A DNA stretch of 64,000 nt, taken from contig OZ219802.1 in the NCBI GenBank assembly GCA_964291655.2, positions 2,016,001 to 2,080,000 on the forward strand. The letters run 5' to 3'. Source of the DNA: Chloroflexota bacterium (GTDB lineage Bacteria > Chloroflexota > UBA11872 > VXOZ01). The position numbers and the translations under genes were made by a program. Of this stretch, positions 60,296 to 64,000 are shown in pieces (position 1 is the first letter of the stretch; each line of letters starts with the position of its first letter). The notes under the pieces are model-generated. The model was given only the letters and a program-made list of their open reading frames with translations. It was not told the DNA's origin and did not search any database.

Positions 60296-62344
60296 TCACA
60301 GTAGTTCCCTCTTGAACGTCTCCACCCATCTTCTCTGATGGTGGGGCAGGCCGTTGAGGCGGACATCTAAATCTATGGCGACGTGGATGGTGTCGTGGGT
60401 GCTGCGGACGTTGGCGGCGGTGTCGATGTTGATCGTGCCGTCGGAGCGGGTGATGGTGCGGAAGTGTTGGCCGGTGGCGGTGGTATTGGCGGGATTGCGG
60501 TTGTCGGCCCAGACCTCCAGGCGCGACTCCGTCTTCACGGTCATGTCAGCGCTGGCCTTGACCTCGTTCACGAGATGAAGCTTCAGGCCGGTGCGGTCGC
60601 GCAGCACGTCGTGGATGATTTCCCAGGGCACGACGCGGGGCGAGACCGCCGGATACGTGCGCGGCGCGGCGGACGGCTCGTACGCCATCTCGTCGGGCGG
60701 CAGCTCGCCCGCGGGAGCCTGACGCGTGGGCACCACCGGCAGTTCCAGGTGCGATTCGCGCCCATTGTCCCGATAGACGCGGTTCCTGCCGTTATAGGGT
60801 GTCGGCCACACGTTGGGAAAGTCCGCGCTGCTGATGGAGAGCCGGATGCGGTGCCCCCGCTCGAAACGCCAGGCCGTAGCGTCCAGGTCCACGTGAAGTT
60901 CATAGACTGCCCCCGGTTCCAGAGGCTCCGGGTCGGTGAGCGAGTTGCGCCGAGTCCCGTTCAGCACGCCCATCGTCACCAGCGCGCTGGCGCCGTCCGG
61001 CGCCACGTCCGAGAGCCGCGCCACGAACGCCATCACCGGCGCGGTGGAACTGACATGGAGGACGGCTTTGCCCATGCCGATGATCTCCAGCGGTTCTTCC
61101 AAAGGCGCGGAGGTGTAGTTGGCGGAAAAAAACTCGTCCACGCGCTGGTCGCCGGGCAGGCCGAACGGCACCCCCGCGCTCCACAGACCGCCGGCGATGC
61201 CCACCGACGGCCGATATTCGTATTCCTCATAGCCGTCGTGGGTGGTGTGGGGATTGTCCGGCGCAAGGTCGCTGCCGAGGACAAGCCGCTGCGTGCGCCC
61301 ACCGGGAATAGGATATCCCGGCTCGCAGCGCCAGTAGCCGGTGGTGTGGGTGCGGGCGGGATCCGGCACGTCGAAGGTCTGCATGTACACATTGATCGCC
61401 GGCTCGTCCATGATGCCGTTGTCAATGCCTTTGAGCCAGTAGTCGCACCAACGCACGGCCAGATGCTCCCGCGCCAGCGACGGCCCGGGCGTTTCGCAGT
61501 CCGGGCCGGAGTGGTTCCAGGGCCCGATGAGCACCTTAGCCGGCGCGGTCATGTGCTGTGAGGTGCGCAACGGCGCGTTGCAGTAGCCGTCGCGCCAGCC
61601 GCCAATGAGGAGCGCAGACGCCTTGATCTCGTGGTAGCGTCCCCGAATGCTGCCGGGCCGCCAGTATTCCCCATCCGTCTGGTTCGCCAACCACGTGAGC
61701 AAGTACGGAGCATTCTGCTCCAGGCGTTGCTCCCACAGTTCCGCCCAGCGCGCGCCGCTGTATTCGGGATAGGGCGGCATGGCGTTCATGCCTACCATTG
61801 CGCTGCCGTACGAGCCGATGTCGTAGTAGCAGCGCCAGGCCCCGCCGCGGTAGTGGCAGTCGTCCGTGTAGCGGTCGTCCGTGTAGTTCCAGGGAATGAT
61901 GGTCACCAGATGCGGCGGCGCGAGGGCCGCGACCTGCACACTGGTGAAACCGCCGTACGAGCCGCCAGTCATGGCCACCTTGCCGTCGCACCAGTCCTGC
62001 GCGGCGATCCATTGCTCCACGTCGTAACCGTCGCGGATCTCCACGGGACGGTACTCGTCGTCGTTCATACCTTCGCTGGAGCCGGTGCCCCGGCAGTCGA
62101 CGCGCGCGCCCACGTAACCATGCTCCGCCCAGTGGTGTTGCATGCCAGTGAGCGGCGCTTGGTCGTCCTTGCGGTACGGGATATACGTCAGAATAACCGG
62201 CCACGGCCCCTCCCCCACCGGCACGTGCAAATCCATGGCAAGCTTCGTGCCGTCACGGGTAGGCACCATGATGTTCTTATAGAAGCGAATGCCCGCCGCA
62301 TCGACTGCCATGGGCTGCACGCCGGAATTCACATTGTTAAGCAT
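60296..62344 (-). CDS. CocE/NonD family hydrolase (peptidase S15)
   Basis: RDGTKLA, PYRK, D.RGTGSSEG, GGSYGG, GGWRD, GPWNH, PepX-like C-domain. Confidence 0.94.
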   Translation of the reverse strand: MLNNVNSGVQPMAVDAAGIRFYKNIMVPTRDGTKLAMDLHVPVGEGPWPVILTYIPYRKDDQAPLTGMQHHWAEHGYVGARVDCRGTGSSEGMNDDEYRPVEIRDGYDVEQWIAAQDWCDGKVAMTGGSYGGFTSVQVAALAPPHLVTIIPWNYTDDRYTDDCHYRGGAWRCYYDIGSYGSAMVGMNAMPPYPEYSGARWAELWEQRLEQNAPYLLTWLANQTDGEYWRPGSIRGRYHEIKASALLIGGWRDGYCNAPLRTSQHMTAPAKVLIGPWNHSGPDCETPGPSLAREHLAVRWCDYWLKGIDNGIMDEPAINVYMQTFDVPDPARTHTTGYWRCEPGYPIPGGRTQRLVLGSDLAPDNPHTTHDGYEEYEYRPSVGIAGGLWSAGVPFGLPGDQRVDEFFSANYTSAPLEEPLEIIGMGKAVLHVSSTAPVMAFVARLSDVAPDGASALVTMGVLNGTRRNSLTDPEPLEPGAVYELHVDLDATAWRFERGHRIRLSISSADFPNVWPTPYNGRNRVYRDNGRESHLELPVVPTRQAPAGELPPDEMAYEPSAAPRTYPAVSPRVVPWEIIHDVLRDRTGLKLHLVNEVKASADMTVKTESRLEVWADNRNPANTTATGQHFRTITRSDGTINIDTAANVRSTHDTIHVAIDLDVRLNGLPHHQRRWVETFKRELL

Positions 62345-62456
62345 GTATGCGCCTCTTGTCCAAGTGCGCTCGCCAAGAGTAATCTCGGCCTATGCCTTCG
62401 AAGGTCGCCAAGCGTCAGTCACAGGCTTCCTACCGGAGCGGAAGCTATCGGACCAA

Positions 62457-62852
62457 TCAGCATGCGCATGCAAAGTCGGTCTCACCGGCTCCTGCCGTGC
62501 CGTGGGTAGCGTAGCCGTCACGTATCCACCAATCGAGCCCGCCGATCAGTTCGCGCACCTGGAAGCCAAGCTCCAGGAGTTTCAGCGCCGTCTTGGTGGA
62601 AGCATTGCAGCCGATCCCGTCACAGTAGCAGACATAGGTGTGTGACTTGTCGAGCGCCGCGGTTGATTCGGAGCTGATTTGCCGGTGAGGAAGGCTGATT
62701 GCGCCGGGGATATGCTCGGTGGCATAGGCGCTGGCAGCGCGGCCGTCCACAACAACGATGCGATCGTCTAATCCCATAGCCTCGTAAAGGTCCGCCGAGT
62801 CTATTTCGTAGGTGAGTTTGGCCTGGTAATATGCGATCTGACTGTGTCTCAT
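62457..62852 (-). CDS. Rhodanese-like domain protein
   Basis: VDGR, HIPGA, YCDGIGCN, LIGGLDWW. Confidence 0.92.
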   Translation of the reverse strand: MRHSQIAYYQAKLTYEIDSADLYEAMGLDDRIVVVDGRAASAYATEHIPGAISLPHRQISSESTAALDKSHTYVCYCDGIGCNASTKTALKLLELGFQVRELIGGLDWWIRDGYATHGTAGAGETDFACAC

Positions 62853-62882
62853 CTTGTTCTTCCCGGGCGATGCGGCGCTTAG

Positions 62883-63455
62883 CTACTCTCCGCTTTGCTG
62901 CTTGCTCTCCGCCTGGCATAGCGGGCAAGCGCCCGGTTCGCTCAACTGGGTGCCACACTGCTCGCAGCGGTGAAGACCCCCCTCCTCCGTTGCTTCCAAG
63001 CGGGCGACGGCTTGTTGGCGCACGGCAGGGTCTGCGATGAGCTCGATGGCTTGGCGCAGGCGGCGTTGGCGGTCGGTGTCATCGTCCGTGGCGGCGGGCG
63101 GGCGCGGCGTTTTTCTATTCGGCTGGGGAAGTGAACCCGGCGTAGCGCGGGGGGCAGGCCGTTGGCCGCGCACGCGGAATTCGAGTTTGCTCACGAGCGG
63201 TCGGCCCATTATCTTGTTCAGATCGCGCATAAGCTGGGGCGTGCGCATGTGCAGTTCGTGGATGGCGGCCGAAGAAGGGGCTTCCACGACCAGGACGCCG
63301 CGCAGGAAACGGACGGGACGCGCAGCACGGGCATGAATGGGTAATTCCGCCGCCACAGCGCGCCAGGCGGCGAACGCCGCGGCGCGCTTGAGCTGCTCGG
63401 AGATGCCAAGCTCTTCGATGGTGCCGGGCAGGATGTCCTTCAGCGATTTAAACAC
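62883..63455 (-). CDS. DUF721/DciA family protein with C-terminal Zn ribbon
   Basis: GTG start after GGAAGGA; W...P..F..GVLVV...S....EL pattern; CEQC..CPLC. Confidence 0.8.
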   Translation of the reverse strand: MFKSLKDILPGTIEELGISEQLKRAAAFAAWRAVAAELPIHARAARPVRFLRGVLVVEAPSSAAIHELHMRTPQLMRDLNKIMGRPLVSKLEFRVRGQRPAPRATPGSLPQPNRKTPRPPAATDDDTDRQRRLRQAIELIADPAVRQQAVARLEATEEGGLHRCEQCGTQLSEPGACPLCQAESKQQSGE

Positions 63456-63539
63456 ACGCAGTCCTTCCTCCCACATAAGCCTAGCATAGTCTCGAGTGAG
63501 CTTAGACTAGCTTTCCCATTGGCACTAGCGGTGCCATCT

Positions 63540-63828
63540 CTAGATGAGACCTCTGCACAACCTTTGCCGCAGCGTGGAAGTCCTTTCACCGTCCTCGCCG
63601 TAGCGATGCGGCAGCTCATGGCCCGTGGGCGGCGAAATGCCAAAACATCGAGACAACGTGCGTACGTTCGCGTCCGGCAGCCGCGCCAGAGCGAGGAATT
63701 CACGCTTCGCATCCGCAGCAGTCCTCTCCTTCCCAGGCATGAGGCGCTTCCTTCATTACTCAAGAAGAGTGCCCTAATGTGTAAAGTATGTCTGCGCACA
63801 CCCGTTAAGTATCTCCGAGGTCTATTCA
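63540..63828 (-). pseudogene. Decayed IS481-family left end and transposase N-terminus
   Basis: MPGKERTAADAKREFLALA aligns with MPWKESTVVSERKEFIALA; end TGAATAGACC next to a GGGGTGAGGGG palindrome tail. Confidence 0.75.
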
Positions 63829-64000
63829 AGAGGACCGGGGTGAGGGGGGAATCGTCCGCGGATTCCGCCCAATTCCCTTGTGGCCGTCAGAGCTACGAAC
63901 GTGTCCCCTCTGGATTCTGCGTCGGCACAAATGGGACGAGTATTGACTATTCCGTCCGTACTTCGACACTTCGGCTATCCTGCACTGAGCTAGCTGAAGT

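Noticed and set aside
58561-60529. Diversity-generating retroelement TR/VR pair
   Set aside because: Mismatches are not confined to adenines of either copy and there is no reverse transcriptase in the window.

Overview
GC-rich bacterial chromosome segment. It is most consistent with a peptidoglycan-making Chloroflexota lineage; this is inferred from the tuf-rpmG-secE-nusG-rplK-rplA block, a PBP1A with C-terminal Ig-like extension, Tat-lipoprotein binding protein and expanded PhyH dioxygenases. The coding content is mostly ordinary: dispersed hisA/hisH/hisF, fumC, a short PurH-type formyltransferase, murE, PBP1A, ftsE-ftsX-ftsE'-envC, HigBA, three tRNAs, hydrolases and oxidoreductases. The striking content is intergenic: a layered set of palindromes and elements that insert into them. 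(1) At least four REP-like palindrome families occur. (2) Three copies of a 1644-bp IS1182 element, one IS481 element, two 287-288-bp IS481-type MITEs and a GGAGACCTTTGC-ended MITE family all sit in the CCCTCTCC-N4-GGAGAGGG palindrome. (3) A TGTAAG...CTTACA MITE inserts into GTCATTCC palindromes and carries the same palindrome as cargo. (4) Precise 23-24-nt micro-insertions starting (AG)CCTG occur in hairpin repeats and inside one another; removing them restores the canonical host repeat. Notable orphan proteins are a stand-alone double Zn-ribbon basic protein behind a 1-kb non-coding region, a membrane protein with a degenerate Mrr-like domain, and a lower-GC HTH-repeat-putative nuclease gene. 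All coordinates and alignments were read by eye, and family names come from motif recognition, not database searches.
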